Notes: a model not told the origin generated them from the letters alone. A stretch of 60,835 nt of DNA, filler included, from Sluysia triapertura (GCA_046118255.1; 5 parts of 5 records of this genome joined end to end with filler, not necessarily neighbours in it), one strand, 5' to 3'. Counted from the whole stretch's first letter, positions 1 to 13,870 are shown. A program made the numbers and translations.

Positions 1-286
1 GTGGTGACCCAACTCATTATTCAAAATTTTATTACAAAATATACCGAACATAAACTACACAACCACATAACTAAATAACTAAAAGTATTAAATCTTTATA
101 ACTTAAAATCCTTACAGTTAAAAAAATTCTGATTGAATCAAAAATGAAATTTATATAACAATTTCAACTTCTCTTCTTCTTACTCTTACTTCTCCATAAC
201 CCGCTACCGTTTTTCATAGAAAATAAATACAAGCAATACACGAAAACACCGAAATATAAAAAATATTGAATCATCTGAACAATCAC
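1..286 (+). mobile_element. LTR-like repeat (Gypsy-type LTR family, first base truncated by window edge)
   Basis: Begins GTGGTGACCCAACTCATT, identical to the reverse complement of the end of 29575-29847. Also shares ACACAACCAC and AAAATGAAATTT.TATAA blocks with it. Candidate end ...AACAATCACA. Confidence 0.55.
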
Positions 287-1421
287 AGAGACTCGATCAC
301 GAATTTTGATGATAAATTAAATGTCTTTTGTGTAATAAAGTTACAGTAAAAGTGTTTATTGGAAATTGTACGTGTACTTTCTGCTATAACTGTGTACTCA
401 AATATTTGTATGAAAATCGATATTGTCCTGGACGAAATAGAAATTAAAAAAGTCATGAAAAGATTCCTGAAGAAACCGTTACAAAATAGAAACAATCGAT
501 CTCGATATTTGGAATTTAATAATAAAATGTTCTAATACGAATTGTGATTATCGTTGTAAAGTTGAAGACATTGTCATTCTGATGACGAATTTGGTGCAAC
601 AAAAAGGCACATATTGAAAGTCAATTTGAACATGGAGTATTAATGGAGCAAAAACATAAAATGTTGATTTGTCAACAAAATAAATAAGATTCTTTTACAT
701 AAACATGGTTATTATTCGTTTTAATAACTTTAGCGTTTTTATTTAATGGGTTTTCATTGATCATTTTAACAAGACGTCATTCGAACTTACGATTTGGACA
801 AATAGAATTACATTTATTAATGTTGCCGATTATGGAAACATGTTTAAATGATTCTGTCTGGATTGATACGATTCTATTCTTTAATATCGCGTCATGAACA
901 TGTACTAGAAATCGGACAGCGCAATACTAGCTTGTTCGAGATGTGAAATCATATCAAAGTAACAGAATGAAGTAAGAAATGTTAACTATCGAATCTTATG
1001 ATGATAACATTTTGTGCATGCCAACGCATTCCACTAATTTTAAGTTTTGATTTGAGTATTCTTAAAAAATTATTCTAGTTTTACTTTATGATTTTTAGAT
1101 ATAAACTATGTTATAAAAATGTTGTTCAAATTTTAGTTAATGTTTTGGCTAATCATAATTCAATAGTTAAGTTTTCGAAAAATTGTATCATTAAAATCAA
1201 TACCACATATCTTAAATGCTTATCGATGTTTCACGAATACTTAAAGGTTAATGAAGTCTCAGATGATCTCAAGGTTCACAAGTTTAAAAATACCGTAATG
1301 CCTTTAAATGTTTTCCAAGTCCATCTGAAGCTTCCGTAAGGTCTCAAACCCTTATGGTATTCTTCAGCTGTAGACATTATTATAGATGCCTTCATTTTCA
1401 TGATTCTCACTCTAATAGTCT

Positions 1422-4400
1422 TTATAATATTTTGTCTATCAGCCTGGTAAATAATTATCAATATTGAAAATATAAAATAAAAGTATTTAAAAATTATAAA
1501 TATGTTATATTGCTGGTTCTTTTATACGTTGTGGATTTGTTAATAAACACAAACTAACCCAATTAATTGCGCTAAATTGTTTGAATCGATATTGAAATTG
1601 TCAAATAACGCAAAATCTATATCTCGTTTCAGATCTCTCAGAGTGTGTGCTAGACAGAGACTCATGCGATGAATAGATGCAAGTTGCGACTCGATGAACT
1701 GGAGGTAGATGTCATCCATGGTAGATGTGACAGACAATGATGAGATGGGTGATGATGGTGAGGATGACGTGGATGAATTCGATACAGGAGTAGACTGATT
1801 GTGTCCGGAATGCAGAGATAACAGAGATTGCAGTTGATCTAACATGTTCACTACCATATGACTTGGACTCTCCAGCTCGTGAATGGTGGCATCTTGGCGT
1901 GTGTCAGTTGTTACAGTATACATCTAGCAATATACAAATGTTTCAAAGATAATTTAAAATAACAAACGTATTTTGATAAGAGGAATAAATTTAAAAGGAT
2001 ATAAATTCGCAATGCTAAAGTGAGTAATGATTAGACATATGCATAGGCTACCAGACCACCTAGTATACATGTGCTTATATTCTCATCCTAAATATTAAAC
2101 ATTATAAAAAGTAATAAAAACATAATAAACCATTGTTGAAAGAATGATGAATCTGGAACATCTGGAATCATTTTAATGATATGTTAAACACTCACATTTA
2201 AGACTTTTATAAGGCTTTAAAATCTTATCTTAAAACCTTTGAAATTTGGAGTCATTCATGGCAAAATTGAAAACATTAAAACCCCTTGAATAACTTTACG
2301 AGTACGAAATAACTTTGATATCTTTATCGAATCTTTAAACATAAAATAAGAAAAAATCTAAAAACGGATTAATTAATTAAAATCTTAAGTAACTTAATTA
2401 AAGAAAATAAGTTTTATAAAATAAAGATTGAATTATGAATGCCATTAAAATTATGTGTGAATTTGTTTCAATCAGACATTTAAATAGAGATATAACTAGA
2501 CTGAGTTCGTGCATGTAAACTTTAATATTGAGCATACTCAAACTTTAATTAATTCTCAACACTAATACATATGAGGATGAACCAAATATAAGTTAAAATC
2601 ACTATTTGTAAAAATGCTATTTTAAGTTGAGAAATAATTTCAATAAAAGTAGATCAAGCGAAGAAAAATAATAGTCGATCGTCAAGTTATCGTCAAGTTC
2701 GGACCACTATACTACCACTGCACTATATGCGAAGTTTGCAGATTGGTTTTATTGGAGTTTTGCAAGTGTAATATCGAAAACAAATAGGAATATTCGTGTT
2801 ATTATATTGGAAAGTTAGAATTTAGAATTTTTTAATTTTGAAAATAATTCGTAGAAAAATTATGGCATCTATTTCACGAAAACGCGTTCTAATCGAAAGT
2901 TCAATCGATTCTGAAATTAGCGAATACACTGATACAAGTGAGTTTAAGGTAGACCTTTAAATAGAAAATTGTGAACATTTTGTTTTTTCGCTGGAATTAA
3001 ATAGGACCTGTAGAGGTTTCAATGAAAATAAAGTAGGACCGCAAAGGGTTAACGAAGTCGCTCGATTTTCATAAGATATTCAAATGTTCGACTACCTAAC
3101 TCAAGAATGACTGGAAGATGACGATGTAGAGGCGAGAGAGGAAACAAAGGGAAAGAGAGAGTTATAAGGATTTTAAGTTAAAGTTATACATTTTAACTTA
3201 TTAAAATTATGTAGCCGTGCAAGTTTACTGAATCATTCATTATATTCATATTTTTCTAAATTTTTCAAATAATTGTTACGAAATAACGACAATAATAATG
3301 TTTTAATTATCTTAATCATATCACAACTAGTAAAGTTTCCAAATAAAGTTACGTACCGAAATAGAGGCTTTATCGATGTTGAGAATGATCGCTGTCGCCG
3401 ATTGCGGCCTGTCACACAGTGGTTGACAATAATAAACCGCATCAGGGACGTGACTTGTAAGTCCAATGACGGATTCGTTATCGAGTCCGTATTCAGAACC
3501 TGTTCCGTATGTTCCCCCACCACCACTGCCTCCTCCACTTCCACCGCACACACGTTTGACTAGAGACCCTCCAAACAGCCAAAATGAATGTCGCAGCCAA
3601 TGTCGAAGTTCCTCATTTAACACATGTACATCCAGAATTCCCTTGTAGTAGCCGACAGGGCAGTTTGAAGTTGGTATCACACCAACTGCATCGAGATTTG
3701 CTGAAGTAGTTACACAGTTAGTAGCACATTCTGCATTCGATACGCTAGCATTATTCGAAGTGTTAGCATTTGCATTTGAGATTAAATTGCTACAACTACT
3801 TGATATATTAATTCCAGAAAACTGCCCTATAGACACTCCACTATTCGAATTTCCCGAAGAAAGAATCATGCCTTGCAAGGCCAGTCCCGTTATTATACTA
3901 TCTTGAATGTGGCCTGTACACATGTTACTAGGACTGCGATGTAGGATGTCTTCATACGAGTGCAGTTTGCCTCTAAAATAAAATGTAGCACGAAAAATAT
4001 TCAGCCTATTATTTACTCTATTTACTTTATCCATGTTTCTGAGACGTCGTGCCTAATAAACTCAGTACTTCGAAAAAGAAAGATTTTCATCAAATCAAAA
4101 GTATATTTTTTAATTTGAACAATTTGAAAGATTTAGATTAACATTCTCGAATCCTAAAATATTTTAATTATTGGTGGTTGAAGCTTTTTGATCAGGTAAG
4201 CATTTCCAACTTAATTTATCTGAGTTGTTTTAATGGACAATATCGTAAATAATGCTAACAGAGAGAGAAAGAGAGACTTTGTGTTAGTATGATTTAGATG
4301 GATTGTAATGAGATCCTATTAAAATAAGAGCAAATTAGAAGAGTTACCAAACAAACAACACAATAATCCGCATCATATGGTTACTGCGAAATCGTTAAAC

Positions 4401-5381
4401 TATAATTTTAAATAATGTAGATTAACAAAGATGTTATATATGTAATACAAATTAAATTTAAATGTATGTAATAATAATAATACTGTAAAACTTCTTTTAT
4501 TTCTCCTGGGTAAATACGCATTTCCTCATAAATTTTTGATAGTGGTGAAATGTTAGAAGTTTTTTTAAGAAGTTATTTTCCTTCAATAAAGGTATAAACC
4601 CCAAGTATCAATTATTTTTTTTCATCGAAAATGTCAGATTACATTACATCATTCTGAATCAGAGTTAAAAACACGGGTTCTTTCCAACATTTAGCTAAAA
4701 TTTTTCATAAGTAGGGTTGGGGAAATAAGAAATTGAGAATGTTGGTTTCTAAAAGAGGAGGTGGTGAATTAAAAGAAGTTTTACAGTAATAAAGCAACTG
4801 AAGTAGAATATTAATATTATGCAGTTAAATAGTTACATAGTTAAAAATAATAGTACGTAATTAAAATAAATAGTTATTGTCAAATTTACATATCATTAAA
4901 TACTATAAATAGGAATTATCAGTTTAAGATTTTCCATAAATTGGTGATCGAACATTATAATCGAATATTAATTCCTACAATCGAATAGTGATCTACCAGA
5001 TCAAGTTACGTGATTTTGGTATTCGAGAGAAGCAGATATTATTAGACACTTAAATTTTTATAAATTTATAAATTTAAATAAATTATATTTTTAAGAAAGG
5101 TTTTTTGTAAAAATTTGGATTCTCAAAAGATTATATATGGATAGTTATCCGTCCATTTCGTTATTAGTTTGTGCTTTGAATAAAGTTTTCTTTTAGTTTA
5201 TTTTTGAATTTTGTAAGTTGAGGATTGAAAAGTAGGGTACTTCCATCTTTAACAGAGACGAGTATTAACTCAACCTCTAATATAAATTGATACCAAGTCA
5301 TTAAGAGATAATGGAAGAAAAAGTTTTCCAACAGACATAAAGAATGCAAACAAAATTTAAAATCGCATACAATAACCAAAC

Positions 5382-5444
<63 letters not shown>

Positions 5445-8156
5445 ATCAATCAAGTTAGGAATACTAACCCACGAAATAAAGCCACATCGTGAACGTAAAT
5501 GACACTGTTCAGAATATTGCTTGATCTAAATAAGTAAAATATTACAGAAATGAGATTATTTTTATAAATATCATTTATTACTACTCAAACAGAACTACAT
5601 AATAAGCTCCGTAAGAATTATTCTTCAGTATTTGAGAAAGTCTTATTATAAACTATGCTGCCAATTTCTTTGGTCAATACACATTACTTGTCATTTTGAA
5701 ACTCAGAAATTTTCAACACTTTCTGATAAAGTTCTTTGGATTTAAAATTCTTATTTTACCTTTTTTCTAAACCATTCACTTAGAGTGTTCGGTCAATTTT
5801 GAAGTTTTTTCGTGTAATTTTAATCTTAATTATTCGAGAATATATAAAATAAAAACCTAAGCGTCCCGGAAAAGGTACTCATTAAAAATATAATTACTAT
5901 AATTAAAATAATATCTGAAACAGTAATATATTGTAAAAATCTCAATAAACTTTTGAATCTTTTGTGTCACTCATATATATTGTATTTTCATCGTATTCAT
6001 CGTTTTTCTCCGTTCTTGATAGTTCAGGCAAGAAACCAAACTCGATTCATATTAAGTAAAAATTTCTGTGGTGAGTCAAAAACCAAAACTGTCCAATTTA
6101 CAAACAGCATACTTTTAAAATTCCTCACACACCAACAATTTATATTTAACCATTTATTATTACATTTTCATATCTTATACACTTTTACACTTCTGTGATC
6201 TGAATTTGATAAGATCAATAAAACAATTTCAAGAATTAAATTTGTATCAGAAGTAGAATTTGAATTCACCCTCAAACATAGATGGCTGTACGCAGTCCGC
6301 CACTTTAGGGCTCCGGCAAAAACTAATTATGCTATTGGTTATTGCGGCAGAACTGAATAAATGGACATCATAGCCTATGTTCACTTATCAATTTCTAGTT
6401 GTTCAAGTGCAACGTACGAACTACAATATTCCTGACAGCAGCTAATGGGCCTTCTGTTCGATACGCAACACTTTAAATTTCAAATCTCGCAATTTAAAAC
6501 ATACAATACAATTTTCTTATTGCCGCAGTTCATCAGCCAATCTTGAAAGCGGACTTCTTTCTAGTAGACTGCAAGAATAAGACCTTAGTACGAAACTGGT
6601 ACAAAAACATCCCTATATGCTAAAGTAAGAATTTAATACAGATCATATATCTGCCTCTGTATTACGTACCCACTGCATTTTGCAAATTAAGGGCACAAAC
6701 GAAGAAATGTGGGGTGTTCTTCCTGGACAAGTCTTTTCTTTTTCTTACAGGCCTTTTGCACATCTTCACTAGTTATACTATTTTTTCGTCAATAAATCTA
6801 GCCCAAGCGAGTTACCAGATCGAAATTTGGCCGCCATTTTAATGATGTGGCTGGAAGACCATAAACATTTCAAATAAAGGAGGTTGTATCAAGCACATCG
6901 AATATCCGAATATACATGCAAGAGGTTTGTACATTTTAAATTGTTTTAAAATTCAAATTTTCGTTTTATTTCTATATTTGCGTTAGATCCTTCGATAGAT
7001 CCTATAAGTGCACCATTGTCAATTTTTTACAAGGCCTTATGCGTACTTGAAATTGTGTAATGAAATTAATCTTAAAGGACTTGAAGCATCTTCTAAAACT
7101 TCAAACTAAGATGAAAGGTTGTTATTATTTATTTAATTATTGTTGTTGTTTATGGTAGTTTATGTGATTAATTAGTTGCATTTCCGCATGTAAATAGTAA
7201 TACGATACACAATAATTATGCATAGACATTATTTTCGTATGCGAATTTGATAACACCAATATTTGATTGCTTTGTTAATTTATTAATTAATTAAAATATT
7301 GCTGACTAATCTGTATTTTAGAGACATTAATAACTAACCCGGAGGATTGATCTGGCGTAACCTGCTGAACGCTAATTCCATTGTTTACGTAACTAGGACC
7401 TATATATGCGTTAGAGCCGTTAGTATTTTTAACATATTCCTGCGCAATTTGATTGACATGGAATATCTGCTCGGCTGTCAATGTTCCACCGTTGAAGAGA
7501 CACGTGTCTGTGAAATCCTTAACAGGACTAGAACCCTGGCTAGCGGACGATCTGGTACTTCCGGGGCCTCTGATGTTATGATGACCTTGCAAATGAATAC
7601 CACTGCTGATAGATCCACGATCCATGGTGACGTTTGAATTCTGGAATTTCCGATGTCGCAGGTCTTCTTGACTGCTGCCGCGCGATGGAATAAGATTGTG
7701 ATCGTTTTGGTCATTGCAAGAAACCGATTTGCGACGAGTTGTGATCTGTATGAAGTAAATGTCCAATTTCAAACCTCGAGTATCGAGTGTTTAAGTAGTG
7801 TTTACTTCAATGAAACACAAATAAGGGCTTATAAAAGTATAATTCTATAAAATAGCTCATAAATAATACTGTCGAATAACCTTTTTATCAGCGTCAATGA
7901 TTTCGATATGACTAGTACTAGTTTTCTTCAGCTGGTTGCTGTTGCATTCTGGAAAATCCTCGTGTCTCATCAGCACGGGACAACTTCGTATCCAGTATGT
8001 GAGAAAGTAGAGACAAATTATAATCAAATACTGATTTGAACCGAGTACGATAGTCCGAGCCAAGGACAAGCCTCCAAGTCCAATGAAACCGCTACCCAAT
8101 TGAGAACATAGTGGATTATGTGGTGGTTCATACTGCTGACATATTCCGGGTTTGCA
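1422..8156 (-). CDS. FNIP: Folliculin-interacting protein (FNIP1/2, Lst4 homolog); exons 8156-7881, 7745-7339, 4052-4026, 3972-3357, 1923-1559, 1443-1422
   Basis: HNPLCSQLGSGFIGLGGLSLARTIVLGSNQYLIIICLYFLTYWIRSC matches the FNIP middle domain (YNPLWAQLGDLYG..RLARTVVVG..LLYFLTYFIRCS). GLALQG, QPLCDRPQSATAIILNIDKASI, SHMVVNMLDQLQSL and YLQFIESQLASIHRMSLCLAHTLR..NIDSNNLAQLIG match the FNIP C-terminal domain. All introns are GT-AG and intron phases are consistent (0,2,2,0,2). The last small exon is less certain. Confidence 0.85.
2670..3052 (+). mobile_element. piggyBac-like relic in an FNIP intron
   Basis: Ends GGACCGCAAAGGG-TTAA (3036-3052), a piggyBac-type terminus next to a TTAA target site. 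Short MASISRKRVLIESSIDSE frame at ~2862. Left end not identifiable. Confidence 0.4.
4483..4786. mobile_element. MITE of Tc1/mariner-pogo type
   Basis: Terminal inverted repeats CTGTAAAACTTCTTTTA ... TAAAAGAAGTTTTACAG, flanked by TA on both sides. Confidence 0.7.
5383..5443. repeat. (ATT)n microsatellite
   Basis: Direct reading. Confidence 0.95.
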
Positions 8157-8233
8157 CTAAAATAAGAAACAAATGTTAATTCAATAAATCAGTTGTCCTC
8201 ATTAGTATTTATAATTAGTAATAGTAATAATTA

Positions 8234-8600
8234 TACTGGGTTGGTGGATAAATTAGTGCGGCTTTATTTGTTGCAAAAAAACATACCAACTTTTTGTTTT
8301 AACTGATTTGAGTTATATTCATTCAGCTGAATTATCTATTTAAATCATTTTAGACTAACGTTCACTTTCATTACCCTCATTAAAATGGAGTGTCAGGTAG
8401 ATAAAAATGAACATTTCTGGCATATACTCCTTTTCTTTCTACACCATCTTTCTGGTCTCACATTTGAAAACGTGGATTTAAGAATTTTGCGACTAAAAAT
8501 GACCAAGCTTCTTCAAACGTTGGATTGACAAACTGCCATAACGGTGGGAGGAAGTGATCGATTGTGGCGGAGAATATTCCACCGATTGAAACTGAGATAA
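8234..8600 (+). mobile_element. Internally deleted mariner element
   Basis: Mariner-type left end TACTGGGTTGGTGGATAAATTAGTGCGG. Transposase N-terminus MECQVDKNEHFWHILLF is fused to a C-terminal remnant FKRWIDKLP*RWEEVIDCGGEY. Confidence 0.7.
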
Positions 8601-9891
8601 AATAAATAAAATACTTTAATAAACAATCTTCCCGAATGCGACAAGTGCTTTTCCAAGTCATCATTAATAAACATGCAAATTGAACAGTAAAGAAACATCA
8701 CATATGACGTATTAAGAACAAGATAGAAAATGTGTCTCACACAATTCATTGAAAGACATTCAAAGATCATCCTGAAATATGCTGCTATTCTTGTAATGCA
8801 TGTCGGTCATTGAAGACATTTGACTTTGAAATATTGGATAACAAGATGGAGAAGAATCTGTCTGATGCAATACGGAACACTTTCAAGTCGTATTGGAAGA
8901 TTGTTACTCTATCGTTACTTAGTGATGTGACAATTCGTTATTGTTGTTAATGTACTATTCTAATTAAAGTACAAAATAACAGATCTATCATCTAGACCCG
9001 GATAATAGATGCTAGGTTTACACTGAGAAGGTGGAGACACATATAAATACTATTGGCAGAATCAGTAACAGAAAAAACAAAAATTATAAATCATGAAATC
9101 AAGCAGCATTAATTCGAAAATGATGAGCATTTTAGTATTTTTATAATTCAAGCATACATTGAAAGTAGAATTAGAGTAACACGAAATAGCATAATCATAA
9201 CGATGAAATGAAAATATCAGGACGGTAGAAAGGATGCTTTTTAGAAGTAATGGAAAGGGTCACACAGGTTCAAAGAATTGTAACTTCTTAAAAGATTTAT
9301 TACTGCTATGTCTGAATTGTGAACGAAAGAACACTTACAATAGTGAAGGGAAATCTAGATGTCGCTGTCAGTTCTATTCATGAATTGTAGTTCCAACAAT
9401 GTGAAGTATTCATTCAATAAATTAAAAGCAAAATACAAAAATTGACAATGTTAAATTTATTTCAAAAATTGAAAGTGTCTTGTGCAAGTTGTGCAATTGA
9501 TATCATGTGAAAAATTGATATTATAAATAGAAACAAGATAACATTAATAACAAAAGTACAATTGCAAATGTATGAATAGAAGCTTGATGAACCGATGATG
9601 TTGCAATAAGATGACACACGCATACATTTTAATAATCGCAATAGATGATTGACTAATATTCTATTTTTATATTGGCAAGTCAACTGAGTATGAGAAGCAT
9701 GTTTCTATCTTAATACTACAAATATTTTTAAAATTGTAACGAATCTAAATTATATCTTCAAATAAAACAATTTATGCAGAATACACATTTTAGAATTCAA
9801 ATTATATTTCAGATAATCTGAAGGGTCATTTTAATATTCAAATAACTCAAATAACGCTTCAATTCAACTACACTCAAACGATTTCTGAGTC

Positions 9892-10420
9892 TACACTGGT
9901 GGCCAAATTATTAACAAAAAATATGTTTCTATTTGGTTTTCTTAATATTTACTACCCTGGCCTGGAAACTCTCCAGATATGAATCACATAGAAAGTCTGC
10001 GAGAGATTGTCAAAAGGAGAGTTTCTAACCAGGACAGAACTTATTGAAACCCCGATAAAAGTTTGGCATCACGATGTCGAGATCAAAGACTTGTGCCCCA
10101 AGCTCATCCGTTGCATGCGCCTTTAAGGATAAGGAAATTATTGGATAACCAAAGAGAGCAAACAAAGTTTGTACATATTTGATTTGTAGTAAATTATGTT
10201 ATCATTCTACATGAATAAAATTTCTATATGTTTTGGATCTCAGTATTTTTATCTATTATTTTACACTCACCAGAATTTTTGTGGAGAAAGTAGTTATTTT
10301 CCAACATTTTACATTATCCGTTACAATGTTTTATGCATTTTTGATTAATAGTTTCATAGTATCCTTGAAAAATTTTGAATTTTATCATAAAAATGGTCTT
10401 TAGTCTAATAATTTAGCCTA
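9892..10420 (+). mobile_element. Tc1-family transposon relic
   Basis: LPWPGNSPDMNHIESLREIVKRRV resembles the WPxxSPDLNPIE motif. Left end TACACTGGTGGCCAAATTATTAA; degenerate inverted copy CTAATAATTTAGCC near 10405-10418. Confidence 0.75.
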
Positions 10421-10436
10421 ATAATAATTTACTTAC

Positions 10437-10945
10437 CGAGAGATCATTATCATGTTATTCATTAAATACTTTAATATCGATTTTGTTTGTGCATGCTAAT
10501 ACTCGTTCTATTTTCTTGCATATCCTTCCCGATATTCTACTTTTATCTTTTAATTTAACAAATGATCACCGGAACAATGAGCAGCATTCATTACACCAGC
10601 CAGCATTGTGACTACATCGTTTCTTATTTTAATCTTTATCTCATAATTAACCCCACCAACTGATATCATTATCTTATCATGGAACAATTAAAAAGATCAT
10701 TAAAAATGTAATTCCAAAGTCAGATTGAAAACTAGCTGAATGTGTACTGTGAAAACACTATATACTATAGATCTATAAGTATTTGGGTGAAGCTTAATGT
10801 ATGACGATAATAAATTAGGTGTTTCATTTCTGATCCTCATCGAGTAATAATCGCAACAAAATTTTATCAAACAGAACTGAGTGTTTCTCTAAGATAATTA
10901 CCGCCGAGGACCTCCATTCTTGTACAGTAGTGACATTAGTCTTTC
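10437..10945 (-). CDS. Probable upstream exons of the FNIP gene (boundaries unresolved)
   Basis: GC-richer coding-like segments (IILEKHSVLFDKILLRLL; VVTMLAGVMNAAH) loosely resemble FNIP (FFSHFPLFESHMNKL; LPALITAVLTNH). A canonical donor G|GTAAGT lies at 10437/10436. Confidence 0.4.
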
Positions 10946-10991
10946 ATTTTAAAAATTATAATTAAATTAAGATTATTAATTATTATTATTA

Positions 10992-11091
10992 NNNNNNNNN
11001 NNNNNNNNNNNNNNNNNNNNNNNNNNNNNNNNNNNTTAATTAATTAANNNNNNNNNNNNNNNNNNNNNNNNNNNNNNNNNNNNNNNNNNNN
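10992..11091. other. Artificial scaffold spacer (N-TTAATTAATTAA-N)
   Basis: 100-bp spacer with stop codons in all six frames; the same structure occurs four times. Confidence 0.95.
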
Positions 11092-11202
11092 CAATTGATA
11101 AAATTTGCAAAATTTCCATCATATGTTTGAAAAAGCTTGCATGTTTAAAAAATACATATCTTGCTGTTGCATCTAATAACAATACTAATTATTATTACCA
11201 AC

Positions 11203-11253
<51 letters not shown>
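11203..11253. repeat. (AAT)n microsatellite
   Basis: Direct reading. Confidence 0.95.
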
Positions 11254-11254
<1 letters not shown>

Positions 11255-12639
11255 AATGCATAATCCAAAATTATGGACTACCCTATATTTCTACATTAAA
11301 CATTTACGAAAAAAGTTACTTTTGTTTCAGAGATATGATTTACTTAAGTGATTTTGTGTACTTATATTACAGTAGATATTTACAATTATATCGAAATTCC
11401 ACATGAAATTTTCGTGTTAGGCAGACTGACTTCTAGATATTTTGCACGTGCAAGTTATATTATTTTCGTAAAAAACACCTGCAATATTTTTAATGAGTTT
11501 AAAATTTCCAAGTACTTATTTTGTACTTTTTCACTAAAAAATCACTCTTAAGATTAACATTCTCTCAAACAAATCATTACAACATTCTTTGAGAATCAAA
11601 CAGATAGTTACAAACTTTATTAGATACAGAACGTAAAAATGGATTTATAATCATCTATTATTTTTGTTGAGTTTGATTTAGATTTACAAAATTTTTTCAT
11701 TTACAGTAAAAATATTTATGTGTCTCTTAAATCCTTATATATAATATATTAAAAAAACATTAAGCAATTTTTTAAAAATGAATTAAATTTTAAATAAAAA
11801 AAATATTAAATTTATAAATTAAAATTAAAATGTTAATTATTAAATTTTTATACATTAAACATATTATACTTTTTAAAATTTTTAAACAAATTAAATAAAG
11901 AAAATAATTTTTTAATTTCTAAAAGAATTAAATAAAAAAGTTTGTTTTAAATTATTAGATAACGAAAATGACAAGTTTTGTTTATTTAAAGTAATTAATA
12001 TACAGTTGTAAATAGTTAATATGGCGGCGGCAAAAACCATATAAATAGAAGGGGATTTTTTAGTCATACTGATAATTTATAAGATTATTTGAAATAAGTT
12101 TTTAATTCATTTTCTATCACTTTGTGTAAATTATTTCCGTATCAAATTTATCTTAATTATTAGTAATAATGATTTTTCTTCTCAAATATTTTAAGGATTT
12201 CAACTACTCAATAAGGTTACTAAAAAAATCTTAAATGTTTATCAAGGTTTCATGATTACTTAATGTTCCTTATGTTCTATTTATTACTTCGTATCAATTT
12301 TTCCTTCATTTTACATTTCTCTACGTTCTCATTCATCTGATCTAATCTCAACATGTTAAGTATCAATGGTTCTTTACTGACTATATCAAACTGATATCTG
12401 GTTGAAATTTTTACAAAGAAAAAATTATACAAATAATAATTACTAAATCTTTTTTATTTAATAAATTTAAAATTTCTATTTTTTGTGGTTTAATAATAAT
12501 TATTATTATTGTTATTGTTATAATTATAAATTGTTTTAATTGCTAAAATAAACGAAATCTTAATTATTTTGATTTATTAAAATACAAAAACAACAATTAA
12601 TTTTGATCAATATTATCTGTTTAATAAAGTAAGTAAATA

Positions 12640-12850
12640 AAATTTAAATGTCGCAGAATAGATATAAATAGTCACTAAATTTGTTGAGCCACAACTACGA
12701 GTGATGTAGAGTCAAAAGCTATATTGTAATTGCTATATTAAAAGAAATTAATTGGTATCCACTCGTGGTGTATTTCGATACTCAATATTTTTATTAATGA
12801 AATATCGTCATTAATAAAAAATATCTATTTATTATTAAATTTGTATTTGA
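12640..12850 (+). repeat. Dispersed repeat, copy 1 (copy 2 at ~15918-16100)
   Basis: GAGCCACAACTACGAG...CTCGTGGTGTATTTCGATACTC here versus GAGCCACAGCTGCGAG...CTCGTAGTGTTTTCGATACTC, with shared flanks. Confidence 0.65.
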
Positions 12851-12972
12851 TTGTATAAATCAAATGAAATATAATCAAGTAATTGATTATCGTCATTAAT
12901 AAAAAATATCTATTTATTATTAAATTTGTATTTGATTGTACAAATCAAGTGAAATATAATCAAGTAATTGAT
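12803..12972 (+). repeat. Tandem duplication, 2 x 85 bp
   Basis: TATCGTCATTAATAAAAAATATCTATTTATT...TCAAGTAATTGAT starts at 12803 and again at 12888, with about 2 mismatches. Confidence 0.9.
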
Positions 12973-13099
12973 TGAGCACAGTGTGTTAAAGTTATTGTTT
13001 TCAACCAAGTTAATAAATCGTGGTGATTTTATTTGTTAATCTTTAGAATATATTGAGTATAGTCTTGATACTCATGTCTTAATTCTTCATTATTCGTTT

Positions 13100-13870
13100 T
13101 CCCTTTAATGTAATCAAACATCAATATCTAAATCATTACCGAAAATAGTGATTGTGGATTCCACATACAGGTTTTATAGAAAATCCCGACGGATATATTA
13201 AAACTCATGGACCTGCTAATTTTCTTGAAGCTCGTAAATTTATACTTCAAAAAACAGAATGAAAAGTAATTTTTATTCTAAGAAGTTGAGATTATTTTAA
13301 CAAATTCCTGTATTTTTAAAACTCTTGGTATAGTGAATAATTATGAATTGTGAATATGATTTCGGACTCTTCACTCTGCCTAAAATATGATTAATTTAAT
13401 GTTGGATTCATTTACAGTAAATGTCGGAAAATGAATCATATTTACTTTCTGTATTCAACCCGCTCAAATTTATTATTATCAACGTAGAGTATTATGATGA
13501 AAAAAGAAGTAAAGGTGATACAATGAAAATCAATATGATATGAATCTGATACATCTGGTAAAGAAAATAATTATTTCGATAATTCTGATAATAATAAACA
13601 CGAAATAAAAGATATATTAAGGAAGTATACTATTATACTGAATTAATTTTTGTGTCTTAGAATGTTCAGTGTCTCATTATGTGTACAAGAAATTAAAAAA
13701 GGTCTGAAATGAAATAAATAAAATAACGAAGTCTCCAAATTTAGTTAGAAATCACGAAAATTAACTCGAAAAGATGATCGTAGAAATTTACTTGAAAAGT
13801 CTCAGTTTCGTTGAGATGATCATTGCAACAATTGCTGTCGAAGTTTCTTCAAAAATATTTTATTGGTCAT
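13100..13870 (+). mobile_element. Degenerate DNA-transposon fragments (MULE-like and Tc1-like)
   Basis: SLPKIVIVDSTY near 13135 resembles the MULE xDxTY motif. RKLTRKDDRR near 13755 resembles the Tc1 GRPRKL..DER linker. Confidence 0.3.

Noticed and set aside
3233-3648. Overlapping ORFs (106, 96 and 60 aa); likewise 7347-7850
   Set aside because: Shadow frames of GC-richer FNIP exons.
6280-7060. GC-richer intronic block, possibly a transposase relic
   Set aside because: No convincing motif or termini could be read.
11036-11047. TTAATTAATTAA as a biological motif
   Set aside because: Always embedded in N runs; it is an assembly linker.
11127-11406. Poly-Asn/Ile/Tyr ORFs (also 23717, 37592, 45260)
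   Set aside because: Artefacts of (AAT)n microsatellites.
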